Origin: a virus | IMG/VR virus record: IMGVR_UViG_3300045988_131209 | DNA: 49,086 nucleotides | Strand: one strand, 5' to 3' | The notes under the pieces: generated by a model | The model's database searches: none | The model's input: the letters and a program-made list of their open reading frames with translations, nothing else | What the model was told of the DNA's origin: nothing | In this document: positions 23,554-33,982 of the stretch, one piece after another | Layout of the letters: the number at the start of each line of letters is the position of its first letter | Position numbering within the stretch: the stretch's first letter is position 1 | Translations under genes and position numbers: made by a program

Positions 23554-23578
23554 GTGTAATACGCACCGGCGGTATATA
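23554..23578 (+). repeat. Intercistronic 25-nt element copy 1 GTGTAATACGCACCGGCGGTATATA
   Basis: Exact copies at 24801-24825 and 33983-34007. Confidence 0.9.
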
Positions 23579-23594
23579 GTAAAATATATACCGA

Positions 23595-24794
23595 ATGAAT
23601 TTATTTGGCTTTAAAATAGATATACGGAGAAAGCAGCAGAAAGAACCGGTCGAGTCGTTGATAAACGTCCGCAGGTTCGGCGGCTCGTCCAGTAAAAGCG
23701 CAATGGCGTTAGCTGCCGTCTACCGGTGTGTCAATGTCATTAGCGAAAGTGTGGCACAACTCCCAATCGAAATATTTCGAAAAGATGCAGACGGGTACAA
23801 GTCCCTGTATGTAAATCATCCTGCATTTGACCTTATCCGCGAGTTTCCAAGTCCGGATATGACACGCTTTACCTTCCTCAAAACGCTCGTTAGCTCTGTT
23901 CTGCTACAGGGCAACGGCTATGCGTACATAGACAGGGACGATTACGGAAACGCGCTGTCTATCCAATATTTACCTGCATCATTAGTAAGTATCGTTTACA
24001 TAAATGTCGAAGGTGTCCCCCGGATGCGCTACCAAGTGACAGGCTTTAAATATCTGGTGGAACCTATCGATATGATCCACGTACTTAATTTCAGCTACGA
24101 CGGCATAATTGGTATTTCAACTCTTCGGCATGCGATGAATACGATAGGCATTTCCAGCTCGGCTGAAAGCTATGCGAAAGAGTTTTTTTCCGAAGGCGGG
24201 AATGTCAGGGGTATACTGTCATTTGATACCAAGTTAAAAGAAGAACAGAAAGACCAGATAAAGAAGACTTGGGCGGATATGGTAAGCAAGGGCGGTGTAG
24301 GTGTATTGGAATCCAATAGCCACTATCAATCGATATCCATTAACCCGTCTGAGGCTCAAATGTTGGAAACAAGGGAATACAACGTAATTGATATTTGCCG
24401 CTTTTTCGGAGTTTCTCCCGTCAAAGCCTTTGACCTTAGCAAGTCCAGCTATTCGACTGTTGAAGCCACCCAACTTGCTTTTCTAACTGACACATTAGCT
24501 CCCATGTTGGAAAATATAGAGCTGGAGTTCAAACGCAAGATATTCCGACCTTCTGAACGTGCCTATATAGAGGTTAAGTTTAATACAGACAATCTGTTAC
24601 GTGCCGATAAAGCCGCACAGGCCACATGGGTTAAGACAAAAATAGAGGGTGGCCTGTCCACTATCAACGAGGCACGTCGAGAACTGGACTTACCAAAGGT
24701 GAAGAATGGTGATTATACGCTCGTAAACAATGCGATGGTCCCGTTGGAATATGTCGTAAACAAGAAGTTTGAACCATCCAAGACAACATCATGA
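23595..24794 (+). CDS. Portal protein, HK97 family
   Basis: 399 aa; position and length after terL; AVYRCVNVISESVAQLPI, GNGYAYI motifs. Confidence 0.85.
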   Translation: MNLFGFKIDIRRKQQKEPVESLINVRRFGGSSSKSAMALAAVYRCVNVISESVAQLPIEIFRKDADGYKSLYVNHPAFDLIREFPSPDMTRFTFLKTLVSSVLLQGNGYAYIDRDDYGNALSIQYLPASLVSIVYINVEGVPRMRYQVTGFKYLVEPIDMIHVLNFSYDGIIGISTLRHAMNTIGISSSAESYAKEFFSEGGNVRGILSFDTKLKEEQKDQIKKTWADMVSKGGVGVLESNSHYQSISINPSEAQMLETREYNVIDICRFFGVSPVKAFDLSKSSYSTVEATQLAFLTDTLAPMLENIELEFKRKIFRPSERAYIEVKFNTDNLLRADKAAQATWVKTKIEGGLSTINEARRELDLPKVKNGDYTLVNNAMVPLEYVVNKKFEPSKTTS

Positions 24795-24800
24795 AAAACG

Positions 24801-24825
24801 GTGTAATACGCACCGGCGGTATATA
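24801..24825 (+). repeat. Intercistronic 25-nt element copy 2
   Basis: Exact match to copy 1. Confidence 0.9.
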
Positions 24826-24844
24826 AGAAAGAAGCAATAAAGTT

Positions 24845-25444
24845 ATGAATGAAAAAAAAGAAATCAGGGGTTTTTCCTGCCGTGCTAATGTGAATGAAGA
24901 AACAAGGCACGTGGAGGGTTATGCTTTGCTTTTTAACAAGGACAGTCAGCCTATGTGGGGTGGAGATTTGATTGAGAGGATCGCACCTACAGCATTGGAC
25001 GGCGTGCTTGAAAAAAGCGATGTGCTGTGCCTCATGAACCACGATGAACGCCGGGGTGTATTGGCCCGGTATCGCATGGGTGAGGGATCATTGAAATTGG
25101 AGGTTGACGAAAAGGGACTTAGATACTCTTTTGACGCTCCTGTAACGGCTTTAGGGGATGAACTCATCGAGTCGCTGAAACGTGGTGATATCTCGGAATC
25201 ATCGTTTGCCTTTACAGTAAAAGATGAAACCTGGGACGAACGTGAAGACGGAACGTATGTCCGGACGATTTTAAAGTTTAATCGTCTCTTTGACGTAAGC
25301 CCTGTTTATTACCCCGCCTATGAAGATACAACGGTGGCTCTCCGATCAATTAATGAGCGTAAGGAAAAGGCACGCAAAGACCTTGAAGAAAGAAAAGAAA
25401 AAGAGATGAAAGAATATTTTAACAAATTACAAAACAGGTACTAA
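24845..25444 (+). CDS. Prohead maturation protease, HK97 family (S78)
   Basis: 199 aa between portal and capsid; MNHDERRGVLAR...SSFAF motifs. Confidence 0.8.
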   Translation: MNEKKEIRGFSCRANVNEETRHVEGYALLFNKDSQPMWGGDLIERIAPTALDGVLEKSDVLCLMNHDERRGVLARYRMGEGSLKLEVDEKGLRYSFDAPVTALGDELIESLKRGDISESSFAFTVKDETWDEREDGTYVRTILKFNRLFDVSPVYYPAYEDTTVALRSINERKEKARKDLEERKEKEMKEYFNKLQNRY

Positions 25445-25445
25445 C

Positions 25446-26678
25446 ATGGCAAAGAAAGAAATGACCGTTACCGAACTGAAAGACAAGCTCGGTGTATTGA
25501 GTGAAGAAAGAAAGAATATTTTCGCCGGTTTGCAGAAAGAGCAGCGCAAGGCGAGTGAGCAGGAAGAGAAGCGACTTGGGGAAATTGCTGCTGAAACTGC
25601 TGAAATCGAATATGAAATCAAGTTGGCGGAAGCGCGTAACAAGCAACGTCCGGTTATCAAAGCGCAGCAGGCGCCGAAAGGCAATCTGCTTGCACGGGCC
25701 ATTCGTGCTAAATTATCCGGCGAAGTTGACGACGAAATCGGGGCTTTGATGGAAGAAGGACGCAGAAGTATGACGGAAGCAGGGTTGAAAGCCGATTCCG
25801 GCTCTCTGATTATCCCTATGGAGTATAGAGGTGATTTTGTTTCTGCTAAAGTCACGGGCGATGGCACGGAGTTGATCACGACTGACCTGCTGGGTCTCTT
25901 GACTCCCATCAGAGACAGTCTTGTCATGGTAAAGGCTGGTGCCACATTCCTTACCGGACTTAAAGGTAATGTGGGTATTCCGTCTTATTCCGGATCAACC
26001 GTTTCGTGGAAGGGGGAAACCGCTACCGCTGCCAATGGTAAAGGTACTTTCTCGAAAGTCGAATTGTCTCCTAAGCGTTTGACCGCTTATCTCGACATTT
26101 CAAAGCAATTTTTGGCACAAGACACCATGTCTACCGATGCTATGTTAACAGCGGATTTGGCACGTGCGGTCGCTGTCAAGTTGCAATCGACAATTTTGGG
26201 TAAAGATGCCACGAGTGCTGACAAACCGGACGGATTCTTTACCGGCACGCCTACTTACGTGGTAAAAGGCGCGGCCTCTTTTGCTAACCTGATCGCCTTA
26301 GAAACAGCCGTTCCGGTTGACGAAGCATTGGTAAATAATTTGGCGTATATCACATCTGTCAAAGGTGCAGGTATCCTGAAATCAACTTTGCGTGCAGCAA
26401 ATGTAGCTGAAGGGTTTATCCTTGAAAAAGGGTTGGCAAACGGTTATCCGCTCTATGCGACTACCGGTATGGCTTCAGGATTGCAGACAGGAACCGACGA
26501 AGAGGGCATCGTCTTTGGTAACTGGGCTGACTTTGTTATCGGTCAGTGGGGTGCACTGGATATCACCGTTGATCCGTACACTAAGGCTGCTGATGGTGAG
26601 GTTCGCTTGGTAATCAATGCGTTCTTTGACGCTAAACCGCGTAGAGCAAGTTCTTTTGCTGTCGGATCACTGAAATAA
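25446..26678 (+). CDS. Major capsid protein, HK97 fold, with N-terminal coiled-coil delta domain
   Basis: 410 aa, position, K/E-rich N-terminal about 100 aa then a capsid-like body. Confidence 0.85.
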   Translation: MAKKEMTVTELKDKLGVLSEERKNIFAGLQKEQRKASEQEEKRLGEIAAETAEIEYEIKLAEARNKQRPVIKAQQAPKGNLLARAIRAKLSGEVDDEIGALMEEGRRSMTEAGLKADSGSLIIPMEYRGDFVSAKVTGDGTELITTDLLGLLTPIRDSLVMVKAGATFLTGLKGNVGIPSYSGSTVSWKGETATAANGKGTFSKVELSPKRLTAYLDISKQFLAQDTMSTDAMLTADLARAVAVKLQSTILGKDATSADKPDGFFTGTPTYVVKGAASFANLIALETAVPVDEALVNNLAYITSVKGAGILKSTLRAANVAEGFILEKGLANGYPLYATTGMASGLQTGTDEEGIVFGNWADFVIGQWGALDITVDPYTKAADGEVRLVINAFFDAKPRRASSFAVGSLK

Positions 26679-26686
26679 AAGAGGCT

Positions 26687-26992
26687 ATGATATTAACTCT
26701 TGAAGAAGCTAAAGCGCATTGCCGGGTGGATGAAGACTATACCGGCGATGACAGCTATATCGAAGGGTTAATCCCTGTTGCGGAGACGGACATTGCTAAC
26801 CGGATCAAGTACGACTCTTTGGATGAGGCTTTTCCGGACGGCAACATTCCCGCACCCGTAAAACATGCGGCAAAATTGATTTTGGCGCATTATTACGAAA
26901 ACCGGGAACCGGTTGCATTCGCTTCTTCGAGCAAGGTCGCAATGATGGTTGATAGTCTGTTGTTTCCGTATGTAAGGTACAAAAAGCCGTAA
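26687..26992 (+). CDS. Head-tail connector (gp6-like)
   Basis: LTLEEAKAHCRVDEDYTGDDSYIEGLI signature. Confidence 0.7.
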   Translation: MILTLEEAKAHCRVDEDYTGDDSYIEGLIPVAETDIANRIKYDSLDEAFPDGNIPAPVKHAAKLILAHYYENREPVAFASSSKVAMMVDSLLFPYVRYKKP

Positions 26993-26994
26993 AG

Positions 26995-27312
26995 ATGAGA
27001 GCTGGATTATTAAAAGACAGGATCACATTTCAAAAGCCGGTCAGCAATGAAACGGATTATTCCGCATCGGAACCGGCTTTTGAAAACGCTTTTTCGACCA
27101 ATGCGCGAGTCGTGCACTCGTCGGGGAGCAAGGTTATCGACGCAAACGAGGTGTTTACACAGTTTACCGTGAAGTTTGAGATCAGGAGATATCACAAAGT
27201 ATCGCCGGATATGGTTATCGTCCACGACGGAAACCGCTACCGGATATTAGATATCAACCCTGACAAAACGAGGAACGGTATAATCATAACAGCGGAGGTA
27301 ATAAATGAATGA
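26995..27312 (+). CDS. Head closure / head-tail adaptor protein
   Basis: LKDRITFQKPV... pattern, 105 aa, synteny. Confidence 0.65.
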   Translation: MRAGLLKDRITFQKPVSNETDYSASEPAFENAFSTNARVVHSSGSKVIDANEVFTQFTVKFEIRRYHKVSPDMVIVHDGNRYRILDINPDKTRNGIIITAEVINE

Positions 27313-27700
27313 TATACTTGCAATAGGCAAAGTGTTTAAGTCTCTGCTTACGGGTATCGACAAAGTGAACAAAGAGGTAAAAGGCCGTATTTTTCCGTCT
27401 CTTGCGGTGGAAAACACGCCTTTTCCATTTATCGTCTACAGAAGGACGGCAACCCAACTTGAAGGGACGAAGGACTGTTACGGACAGATTTGCGCCGCTT
27501 CGGTCGAGATAGTCGTATGTGGCAAAACTTATACGCAATCACTTGATATTGCATCCGCTATTGTTGACAATATACCTTGTGAAGACATTGGCGACGTGGA
27601 GGGCTTCGATGTTTCTTCGATTGAATTGACCGGTGCGTTTGAACAGTACAATGACGGTTCTTTCGAGCAGGTTTTATCCTATAACATAGAGCTTTATTAA
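27305..27700 (+). CDS. Neck/tail-completion protein (DUF3168-like)
   Basis: Synteny and size (131 aa). Confidence 0.45.
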   Translation: MNDILAIGKVFKSLLTGIDKVNKEVKGRIFPSLAVENTPFPFIVYRRTATQLEGTKDCYGQICAASVEIVVCGKTYTQSLDIASAIVDNIPCEDIGDVEGFDVSSIELTGAFEQYNDGSFEQVLSYNIELY

Positions 27701-27702
27701 CG

Positions 27703-28269
27703 ATGGCTAAAGGTGGAGGTTTTACAGTTGACGATAGTCAATTTATGCAGCTTGCACGAAGTTTGACGGGCCCGCAGATTAAGAGGGCTTATCGTAGGCA
27801 GCTAAAAAAGTCGGCCGAAATGCTTAAAAAGGAAACGGATCGGTTGTTTGCCGAAAATACGCATTTGAGCAAGCGTCATATCGAAGTCGTAAACCGGAAA
27901 GGAAAGGTTATCAAAGGGGTGGAAGCAGGCAAGGCGACCGTCCGTATCTATGTTGGGAAAAAGGATATGCCTCATGCCAAAGTACATATCATGGGTGACT
28001 ACATGATGAAATGGTTTGAGATGGGTACAAAGGAAAGAAAAACAAAAGGCTGGAAGATCATAGGCCAATACAAACGAAGAAAAGACGGGAAGAGGTGGTA
28101 CAATTGGCGAATCGGCAAAAGCAGAAGAACCGGTCGGATAAAACCAGAACATTTATTTGACCGTGCACAGAAGGCCACCGAAAGTGCTATTTTCCAAAGC
28201 ATGAAAGAGGGGCTAAAGCAGGAGATTATGAAAACATACAAAAGGGTAAACCGTAAAAGAAAAAAATAG
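27703..28269 (+). CDS. HK97 gp10-like tail-completion protein
   Basis: Synteny; basic C-terminus. Confidence 0.5.
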   Translation: MAKGGGFTVDDSQFMQLARSLTGPQIKRAYRRQLKKSAEMLKKETDRLFAENTHLSKRHIEVVNRKGKVIKGVEAGKATVRIYVGKKDMPHAKVHIMGDYMMKWFEMGTKERKTKGWKIIGQYKRRKDGKRWYNWRIGKSRRTGRIKPEHLFDRAQKATESAIFQSMKEGLKQEIMKTYKRVNRKRKK

Positions 28270-28281
28270 GAGGCTATAGAT

Positions 28282-28749
28282 ATGGCAGAGAAAAAAACAG
28301 TAGTAAAAGGCCGAGATTTGATGCTTTTCAAAGCATCCGGCAGTTCGCCCGATTATACATGGGCTGCATTCGGCGCCGCGCTCACGCACACATTGAATGT
28401 TAACACTGAAGAGCTGGACGTGTCGAATAAAGATACCGGCGAATGGGGTGACAGCGAAGCCGGGCTGATCACATGGGATTTGCAATGCAACTCCATGATG
28501 GTAGAGGCGGATTATGACGAGTTGCTCCAAGCACAGCTCAACAAAGAGGTATTTCACATCGCGTTTGCTCAGAAGAGCAATCCGGGTAGCACAAGCGCAG
28601 CTCCAGAAGGTGGTTGGACGATCGGAACCGGTGGATGGGAAGGTGATGTCATGATCACGTCCATTACGGCAACAGCCGCCCACAACGACAAAGCAACGTA
28701 TGACGTTACATTTAAAGGTAAAGGACCGCTCTCTAAGAGATCATCGTAA
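28282..28749 (+). CDS. Major tail protein
   Basis: 155 aa directly upstream of the chaperone pair and TMP. Confidence 0.7.
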   Translation: MAEKKTVVKGRDLMLFKASGSSPDYTWAAFGAALTHTLNVNTEELDVSNKDTGEWGDSEAGLITWDLQCNSMMVEADYDELLQAQLNKEVFHIAFAQKSNPGSTSAAPEGGWTIGTGGWEGDVMITSITATAAHNDKATYDVTFKGKGPLSKRSS

Positions 28750-29063
28750 TGGAAAAGAATGTAGTAAAAATAGGCGGGAAGAAGTACAAGATTGGCTGCA
28801 ATCTACGTACGCGGATTATGTACGAAAGGATGTGCGGTAAATTCTTCGGCGAAGATATGCACACCTTCGAGCAGGTTGTATTCTTTTTCTGTTCGCTTAT
28901 GACCTTCAATTCTGACTTTCAGATGGAATTTGAAGAGTTTATGGATATCCTCACTAAGGACGAAACCCCGCTTGGAGCGTTTTTCAAGTGGGAGGTATCC
29001 TATTTCAATCAGGTCGCATCCCTGTCAAAGGGAGCGGCCACCGACGATAAAAAAAAAGGATAA
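28749..29063 (+). CDS. Tail assembly chaperone (G-like)
   Basis: 104 aa, ends in the slippery run A9G (29049-29058). Confidence 0.75.
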   Translation: MEKNVVKIGGKKYKIGCNLRTRIMYERMCGKFFGEDMHTFEQVVFFFCSLMTFNSDFQMEFEEFMDILTKDETPLGAFFKWEVSYFNQVASLSKGAATDDKKKG

Positions 29064-29404
29064 GCGCATCTGAAACCTTTCAACTGCTCGTCATGGAGGG
29101 CGGTTTGCCCCCTGACTATGTATTAACCCAAATGCAACCTTTTGAGATCGAAATCGCTCTCGATGGGTTGCATTTGAAGCATAAGGACTTATGGGAGGCA
29201 ACGAGGATGATAATGTATGTCATTGCACAGGTAAACAGCCGAAGCCAACTTAACCCGAAAGATGTCCTATCCCTGCCGTGGGACTCTGATGCCGTGGATG
29301 AAGAGCCGGCCGGCGACAGATACGAGGAAATGAAAAAAGAAATGTCTAATCTTTTAAACAAGATGAATAATGCCAGCGGATTTAGTGACAAATCTTTGGC
29401 TTGA
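28749..29404 (+). CDS. Tail assembly chaperone G-T fusion via -1 programmed frameshift
   Basis: The -1 frame is open from 29051 and runs into ORF 29093..29404; shift on the AAAAAAAAAG run gives ...DDKKKRISASETFQLLVMEGG... Confidence 0.65.
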
Positions 29405-31859
29405 AAGCCAAGGGTTTGATAAGAATATAAATGCAAGCATGAAGCAGGTGGACAAATTTAAAAAGAAGTCTTCCGGGCTTTACTCACAAATAGCCGCTGT
29501 AAGCGGTAAGATAGATGCTCTTGGTGGCGGGGTGACTCGTTTTGCGGGTAACTTGGCAAAGATGGCCGTGGGGGCTACTGCTGCTATGGGCGTATCTACA
29601 GCCCTATCGGATGTCGTTCAAAAAAGCATGGAGTTTGAAAAATCAATGTCGTCGTTAAAGGCCCTTACAGGGGTGTCTGCTGAAGAGATGGAATACTTTC
29701 AACGGCAGGCGATAAAACTCGGTTCTACGTCGACGCAAACAGCGTCACAAGTGGTGGAGGCCTTTCAACTTATAGGATCGCAACAACCCGAACTTTTGAA
29801 AAACAAGGAGGCTTTAGCGGAAGTGACCAAACAAGCTATCATCTTGGCGGAAGCATCTGGGATGGACGTTCCGGAGGCAGCGCGCGCTCTTTCCGGCTCA
29901 ATCAATCAAATGGGAGAATCGGCTGACAAGGCGGGCGAGTATATCAACATATTGGCGGCCGCTTCACAGGCAGGTTCGGCAGATATCCCGTACCTGACAA
30001 AAGCTATTGAACGGTCGGGTGGTGCGGCAAGCTCTGTCGGGGTTAGATACAACGAGTTGGTTGCAGCTATCGAAGCCATTGCGCCAAAGGTGACGGAAGC
30101 AAGCGAGGCGGGAACCTACCTAAGAAATATATTTTTGACACTCGAAGCAAGCTCGGATCAAAAACTAAAACCGTCGGTTGTTGGGCTTACCGCCGCCTTG
30201 GAAAATTTAGCTGCAAAGAACCTTAACGCCACCCAAATGACAAAGATGTTTGGCAAAGAAAACGTAACGGCGGCACTTGCTATCGTCAACGCTAAAGATG
30301 AGTACAAAAAGTACGTAGATGCAATTACCGGAACCAATACAGCCCTTGAACAACAAAAAATCAATAATGATAATTTGGCTGGAGCTGTTAATAACGTGTC
30401 GTCCGCGTGGGAGGGTTTGATTTTAACGCTGAATAAGTCCAATGGCGCATTAAAAGACTCTGCTAACATGGCAGCAAGGCTGATCAACCAGTTTACAGAG
30501 CTTATAAAGACGGCCGAACAGAAGCAGCAGGAAATATTATCTGACTCCGTCGATAATGAAAAGAAAGGGCTTGAACGGGCTATTAAGTCGTATGAAGATT
30601 TTGGATATAGCAGGGCAGAGGCCATATCCAAAGTCATGGAGTTGCAGGAGCGCAATAATGCCGGCGGTGTCGGTTATGCGGCCCAGTTAAGAAAAGAACA
30701 GCTTACTTTGGCAGATTTGGAAGTACAGGAAAAATATTTGACAGACAAAGGAAAGGGTTACAATAGAAGAACTTATGATGAAGGTATTGAATTAGATAAT
30801 CTAAGAGAACAGATAAAGGCGCAAAAAGAAATTGTTTTTCAGGCAGAATTGAAAAACAAAGTTTATCAGGAGTCCGATAAGTACCTGAACGATGAGCTGA
30901 AAAAGGTATCCGAAATTGCGGAAAAGAATAAAGAAGCGAAAACAGGCACAGGAAATACGAGCGTTACCGACGACATGCGTAAGCAATTTAAAAAGGAGGA
31001 TTTGAAATTGAAGGCCTCTTTTGACTTTGAAAAGTCCATGAATGACGCTGGTGTATATATCCATAAGGAAATCAAAAAAATCGAGAAAGAAGCAGAAGAC
31101 GGATATGAAGTCCCTGTGCCGTTGAAGATGGTATATATGCCGGAAGTTGAGGAAGATGTCGAAACGGATTTGAAGGGCAGCATTGCCGGATACCAAAAGC
31201 AAATACAGGACTTGACGATATTGTATAACGAAGAAACGAACGAGTCGTTGAGGGCTATTTACGCGCAAAGAATTAAGGACCTTGAAAAGACGCTTGAAAA
31301 AATGACGGATGTCAATAACGGTATGGTCGAATTGTCAAGTGAAGTCCAATCACTGATCCAAAGCAGTGTAACATCCGTTTTTGAGGGGCTTGGAGATGCG
31401 TTAGCATCCGGTGATCCTTCGGAGGCTTTTAATAGCATGTTAATGAGCATGATGGACATGCTGAAACAATTCGGTTCGGCAATGGTCGCCGCCGGATTGG
31501 CTAAGATCGCGTTTGACAAATTGCTCATGAACCCCTTTGCCGCTATTGCTGCCGGTGGCGCATTGATCGTCGCTGCATCTGCTGCAAAAGCTGCACTGCA
31601 AAAATCGGTGAGCGGGAAATATGCTACCGGCGGTATCGTGCCGGGTATGAGCTATGCAGGTGACAAAGTCCCCGTTATGGCCAACTCAGGCGAAATGATA
31701 CTGAGCAGGGTACAGCAAGGCAGGTTATTTGATATACTTAATAATGGCGGTGGTGGCCGATCGTCCGATGTGCGCGTCACGGGCGAGTTGGTAGCGCGTG
31801 GGGATAATTTGGTTGCCGTAATTAGAAATAGTGAAAAACTTAACTCAAAAATGCGATGA
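29370..31859 (+). CDS. Tape measure protein
   Basis: 829 aa; TP901-type core MEFEKSMSSLKALTGVSAEEM...; coiled coils; C-terminal G-rich hydrophobic region. Confidence 0.9.
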   Translation: MPADLVTNLWLESQGFDKNINASMKQVDKFKKKSSGLYSQIAAVSGKIDALGGGVTRFAGNLAKMAVGATAAMGVSTALSDVVQKSMEFEKSMSSLKALTGVSAEEMEYFQRQAIKLGSTSTQTASQVVEAFQLIGSQQPELLKNKEALAEVTKQAIILAEASGMDVPEAARALSGSINQMGESADKAGEYINILAAASQAGSADIPYLTKAIERSGGAASSVGVRYNELVAAIEAIAPKVTEASEAGTYLRNIFLTLEASSDQKLKPSVVGLTAALENLAAKNLNATQMTKMFGKENVTAALAIVNAKDEYKKYVDAITGTNTALEQQKINNDNLAGAVNNVSSAWEGLILTLNKSNGALKDSANMAARLINQFTELIKTAEQKQQEILSDSVDNEKKGLERAIKSYEDFGYSRAEAISKVMELQERNNAGGVGYAAQLRKEQLTLADLEVQEKYLTDKGKGYNRRTYDEGIELDNLREQIKAQKEIVFQAELKNKVYQESDKYLNDELKKVSEIAEKNKEAKTGTGNTSVTDDMRKQFKKEDLKLKASFDFEKSMNDAGVYIHKEIKKIEKEAEDGYEVPVPLKMVYMPEVEEDVETDLKGSIAGYQKQIQDLTILYNEETNESLRAIYAQRIKDLEKTLEKMTDVNNGMVELSSEVQSLIQSSVTSVFEGLGDALASGDPSEAFNSMLMSMMDMLKQFGSAMVAAGLAKIAFDKLLMNPFAAIAAGGALIVAASAAKAALQKSVSGKYATGGIVPGMSYAGDKVPVMANSGEMILSRVQQGRLFDILNNGGGGRSSDVRVTGELVARGDNLVAVIRNSEKLNSKMR

Positions 31860-33979
31860 ACATAGCTTATTATTATGAATTTAGAGGGCTGGACAATGTT
31901 TTGAACCGGGTTGAAATATTGACGGCTAACAGTGTTACGCCCAAAGAGGTTACAGGCACAGGAACGCCTTTTACCTTGAAATATACCGACGTGGATAAAT
32001 TGGAACCTGTGCAGGGATCAGGCGCGACTATCGGGCTTGTGAGTCATGAAATATTTGAGTTTGTCTCACTGCATACGGATGACATGCAAGGCTACATGAT
32101 AAAGATGTATCGTTCCGGTAAGCTGTATTGGATAGGTTGGCTCGATCCGGAATTGTACGAAGAGCAGCTATCGGACTATCCCCCGTATCCTGTCGAATTT
32201 ACCGGTGCAGACTTTAACGTGTTGGAGCGGCTTAAATATAAGGATGCAAACGATAACAACTATACGGATATTGTCAGCATGATGGAGCATCTTAAAAGGT
32301 GTCTTTCCGCTTTGGCTCTTCCGTTCGGTAAGGTCTATATCGGTTGCAGTACGACGGCGGAAGGGATCACGATATCCGATGGCGAAACGGTATTGGACAA
32401 GTTATATGTGATGTCGGCGAACTTTTATGATGAGGATAACGAACCGATGTCGTGCCGGGAGGTAATAGAAAGCATATTGCAGCCGTTTGGGCTTATGATG
32501 GTGCAAAGGGATGGTAACATCTACATTTACGATTATAACACGGTTGATGGCGGGTTGTCTATGAAATGCTACAATTACGCTAATTGGACGTATGAGGGAT
32601 TGCAAACCCCCGAATATAATCATGGCGACTTGTCGAATATAGGCTTTGTGTCTACAGGGGGTAGCTATGGATTTGAGGAAATGAAAAACAATGTGACGAT
32701 TACAAGCTCTATTTACGCTCAGGTTGTACAACAAAACGCAAAAGTTGACGAAGAGTCAGTATCTGAGTTATTTACGCCAGATTTTACACCTCAATCAAGC
32801 ACAAACTATTACCAAAAGTGTAAAGGTATTGAGAATTTGCAATCGGATGGCTTTTTTGTTATTTACAACGATAGGAATCCTGCTTCATATGTTGGTAAAA
32901 TTGATTCGCTTGCTGGGATCTTTTCAGATTATACGCCAACCCCCAATTATATAAAACCGCTATTTCGGGTGAAATATCCGGCATATGTCATGGCAATTGA
33001 AAAGCCGTCGGGCAGGTCTAAATCACCATATTACATAAATCTTAAAGTCGAAGCCTATCCAAGCACTTTGGAACAACCTTTGTTAATGGATAGGGAAATT
33101 AAGGTTGATAATAGCGGTGTACTTAAAGTCTTTTGTAATTGGTATTATGTTGATGATAAAGGCAAAATCGTTGCTTACTATAACAATACAAATGAGGGGA
33201 CTTTCGGCTGGAATTATATTTCATCAAATTCGGAATTAGTGCAAGGAAGGTGTGTTTTGTGGTTTAGCACAGATAAGACAGATGAATCTATTGTTGACCA
33301 ATGGACAACAAACGCGGATATAGGGAGACCTATGGATGATTTGGAAGATCATACAAGGTTAAATTCAAAATTTGTTGGGAGTGGCTTATACCTTGAACCT
33401 GATATTTGCGGGTTCCCTATTTTTGAGATTACAAACAAAATACAACTATTAAATCCTGTTTCTAAAACATTGGCTGACGCTGAAAAAATAAAGATGGTTC
33501 TGTTTAATAATTTCAGCATCTCAATTTTGGATGTAAATCTGGAAAGCCCGTCTACCGACGATTACGAATTTAAAAGCTACGTAAACAAAAAGGTCAAGTC
33601 CGACCTTGGAGAGATCACATTAAAGTGCATATCGGCAAATGAAGAGAAAGCCCCGATCGGCAAAGCCAACATCCTGAAAAAGGTCGATAGCGGCTTTACA
33701 TTTCAACTCTCCTACACACGTTCCGGCCAAACAAACATCCTCGAACGGCTTTTGATGTGTACCATCCACTCGAACTACTCGCAAAAGCATGGGCAGTTTG
33801 GGTGCACTCTCCACCTTAAAGGCAACCCTGTTATGGGCTATGTCACTTACACCAAGTTTTTGCAGGGTAAGTATTTGGTGACGGGTGCAGAGCTTGATTT
33901 TCGCCGTGCGACAATGCAGCTCTCATGCGTGGGATTTAGTAAAGATGATGCAAAACTTAGTGATATACCGTACGAATAA
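31856..33979 (+). CDS. Distal tail / baseplate protein
   Basis: 707 aa, ATGA-coupled to the TMP; position only. Confidence 0.5.
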   Translation: MNIAYYYEFRGLDNVLNRVEILTANSVTPKEVTGTGTPFTLKYTDVDKLEPVQGSGATIGLVSHEIFEFVSLHTDDMQGYMIKMYRSGKLYWIGWLDPELYEEQLSDYPPYPVEFTGADFNVLERLKYKDANDNNYTDIVSMMEHLKRCLSALALPFGKVYIGCSTTAEGITISDGETVLDKLYVMSANFYDEDNEPMSCREVIESILQPFGLMMVQRDGNIYIYDYNTVDGGLSMKCYNYANWTYEGLQTPEYNHGDLSNIGFVSTGGSYGFEEMKNNVTITSSIYAQVVQQNAKVDEESVSELFTPDFTPQSSTNYYQKCKGIENLQSDGFFVIYNDRNPASYVGKIDSLAGIFSDYTPTPNYIKPLFRVKYPAYVMAIEKPSGRSKSPYYINLKVEAYPSTLEQPLLMDREIKVDNSGVLKVFCNWYYVDDKGKIVAYYNNTNEGTFGWNYISSNSELVQGRCVLWFSTDKTDESIVDQWTTNADIGRPMDDLEDHTRLNSKFVGSGLYLEPDICGFPIFEITNKIQLLNPVSKTLADAEKIKMVLFNNFSISILDVNLESPSTDDYEFKSYVNKKVKSDLGEITLKCISANEEKAPIGKANILKKVDSGFTFQLSYTRSGQTNILERLLMCTIHSNYSQKHGQFGCTLHLKGNPVMGYVTYTKFLQGKYLVTGAELDFRRATMQLSCVGFSKDDAKLSDIPYE

Positions 33980-33982
33980 GGT

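Noticed and set aside
25427-25945. 172-aa minus-strand ORF, plus similar long antisense ORFs (27802-28683, 30158-31528, 36453-37096, 42916-43329)
   Set aside because: All lie opposite strongly supported late genes or hicB. They have low-complexity sequences and no start context.
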